From sequence record MN709127.1: DNA of 64,000 nucleotides. The stretch is one strand, 5' to 3'. Source of the stretch: Escherichia phage Ec_Makalu_002. Under the pieces are notes generated by a model that saw nothing but the letters and a program-made list of their open reading frames with translations, had not been told where the DNA came from and ran no database searches. This document shows positions 62,813 through 64,000 of this stretch, in pieces; the stretch's first letter is position 1; every line of letters starts with the position of its first letter. The translations under genes and the position numbers were made by a program.

Positions 62813-63814
62813 TTAGTAATGGCTAAAACCTTCGGTTACATCTTCAACCACATAGTAACGATGACAGCGCATTTTGGCATTCGCATAATCTTTCGGGATA
62901 CTTACAACGTGACGCGGGTCAACTTTACATTTAATGATTCGGCCTCGTCCACCGCCATAGTGTGGAATATAGTGTTTCGCTGCAACGTGGAGGCCATTAG
63001 AGCAAGTGCGATCATCATCTGGGTCCACGTCTTTACGCTTCATTTTAACCGTGCGCCCTGGGCTATTATCAAACGTATGCGTAAAGAAATCTTTATAATC
63101 AACATCAACACGTTTCCATGCATAGAAACAACCATCTTCCCCGATCTCAATGTCGTTGTGCTCTAAGAAGTCAAACAGACGATCTACCGCCTTACGGCTA
63201 GGATTCTTCTTGCACTTCTCAAAGAAGTTCAGATAGTGCGTATATGGCTTATTCTCTTTAATCGACTCAACAACTCGACGAGTCAGATTATTATCAAGAA
63301 CAATATTATGATAATACACAATACCATTTTCGATACGGAAAGCGCCGTGATAATATACTTCAACCGCTTTCTTAATGTCAATCAGCGTAATAGCTTTGAT
63401 GAAATCATTTTGTTTAATCGCTTCCAGTGCTTCATTAAAGTTAACATGTGATGGGTCAGCAGTATAAACAATGTCACCACATGTAATAGTAATGAATTTA
63501 GATGAGGCTATTGCTACGATTTTTGAGGAAGTGGTCACGGGCTTTTTTGCGCGTTCACCGCCTTTTCCTTTACTGGTTTTACGGCGTGCTTTACGGTTTT
63601 CCAGTGCCTTGCGACCTTCCGCTACTGCGTCTTTCTGAATCAGTAATACACGGGAGGCAGTGCGACGAGATACACCAAATGCTGCCGCAAGTGCTTCGCG
63701 GGTAGTAAACTTACCTTCGCCCCACTGTTTAGCCAGTTTGATTTGTTTCGCAGAGTCCAGGCATTGAACGTTACGGTCAGAGACGGTGATTTTTGCTTTA
63801 GTCATAGTATTCAT
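62813..63814 (-). CDS. rIIB: rIIB membrane-associated protein
   Basis: C-terminal two-thirds match remembered T4 rIIB (RLFDFL..NDIEI.EDG.FYAWK, TFDN.PG..V.M, CS.GLHV); N-terminal HTH. Confidence 0.85.
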   Translation of the reverse strand: MNTMTKAKITVSDRNVQCLDSAKQIKLAKQWGEGKFTTREALAAAFGVSRRTASRVLLIQKDAVAEGRKALENRKARRKTSKGKGGERAKKPVTTSSKIVAIASSKFITITCGDIVYTADPSHVNFNEALEAIKQNDFIKAITLIDIKKAVEVYYHGAFRIENGIVYYHNIVLDNNLTRRVVESIKENKPYTHYLNFFEKCKKNPSRKAVDRLFDFLEHNDIEIGEDGCFYAWKRVDVDYKDFFTHTFDNSPGRTVKMKRKDVDPDDDRTCSNGLHVAAKHYIPHYGGGRGRIIKCKVDPRHVVSIPKDYANAKMRCHRYYVVEDVTEGFSHY

Positions 63815-63866
63815 TCCTCTATTAGTGGGCGACTATCGCCGCCCGATTCACAACATTATACCAGAA

Positions 63867-63998
63867 TTATTTTGCTTCGACAACCTTGCGGATCGTGCGG
63901 TCTGATACATTATAGATTCGTGCCAGTTCGCCTTTAGTCAAGCCGCGAGCGTATTGTTTACGGATGGTTTCTTTCTGGATAGCGGTCAGTTTAGTCAT
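63867..63998 (-). CDS. small HTH ORF resembling the rIIB N-terminus (may extend past window end)
   Basis: Hand-translated MTKLTAIQKETIRKQYARGLTKGELARIYNVSDRTIRKVVEAK; pattern like remembered T4 rIIB N-terminus; ATG only 2 nt from window edge. Confidence 0.3.
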   Translation of the reverse strand: MTKLTAIQKETIRKQYARGLTKGELARIYNVSDRTIRKVVEAK

Positions 63999-64000
63999 AA

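Noticed and set aside
1-64000. tRNA, rRNA or integrase/prophage-boundary features
   Set aside because: No cloverleaf-like tRNA candidates or integrase/recombinase ORFs were recognised by eye; the whole window is collinear with a lytic T4-type genome. A tRNA scan was not run.

Overview
This window is a segment of a T4-like (T-even type) myovirus genome, collinear with the T4 map from hoc to rIIB. Recognised by protein motifs and synteny: hoc, inh, uvsW, uvsW.1, uvsY, baseplate genes 25-26-51-27-28-29-48-54, alt, DNA ligase (30), co-chaperonin (31), cd, pseT, rnlA, denA, nrdB, nrdA, td, frd, 32, 59, 33, dsbA, rnh, tail-fibre genes 34-35-36-37, holin t, 52 and rIIB. Late genes carry TATAAATA boxes; many GC-stem hairpins with U-tracts act as terminators. 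Between alt and gene 30 (about 16.4-24.2 kb), and again at 31.5-32.4 kb and 57.9-59.8 kb, lie arrays of small minus-strand genes, each behind a stereotyped sigma70-like promoter and conserved leader. The most interesting candidate is a tightly coupled five-gene early operon (16950-19005) encoding a DUF262/ParB-like protein, a zinc-ribbon protein, a C5-cytosine-methyltransferase-like protein and two small proteins. Other accessory genes of note: a NADAR-like protein, a CYTH-like protein, a second ADP-ribosyltransferase plus a lipoprotein next to alt, a six-member His-motif paralog family, two HNH endonucleases, a td with a large internal insertion, and a gp37 with a C-terminal chaperone-like domain and no gp38. 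All calls rest on reading the sequence and remembered family motifs; no database search was run. CDS coordinates follow the supplied ORF track; hand-derived coordinates for promoters, terminators and unlisted small ORFs may be off by 1-2 nt.
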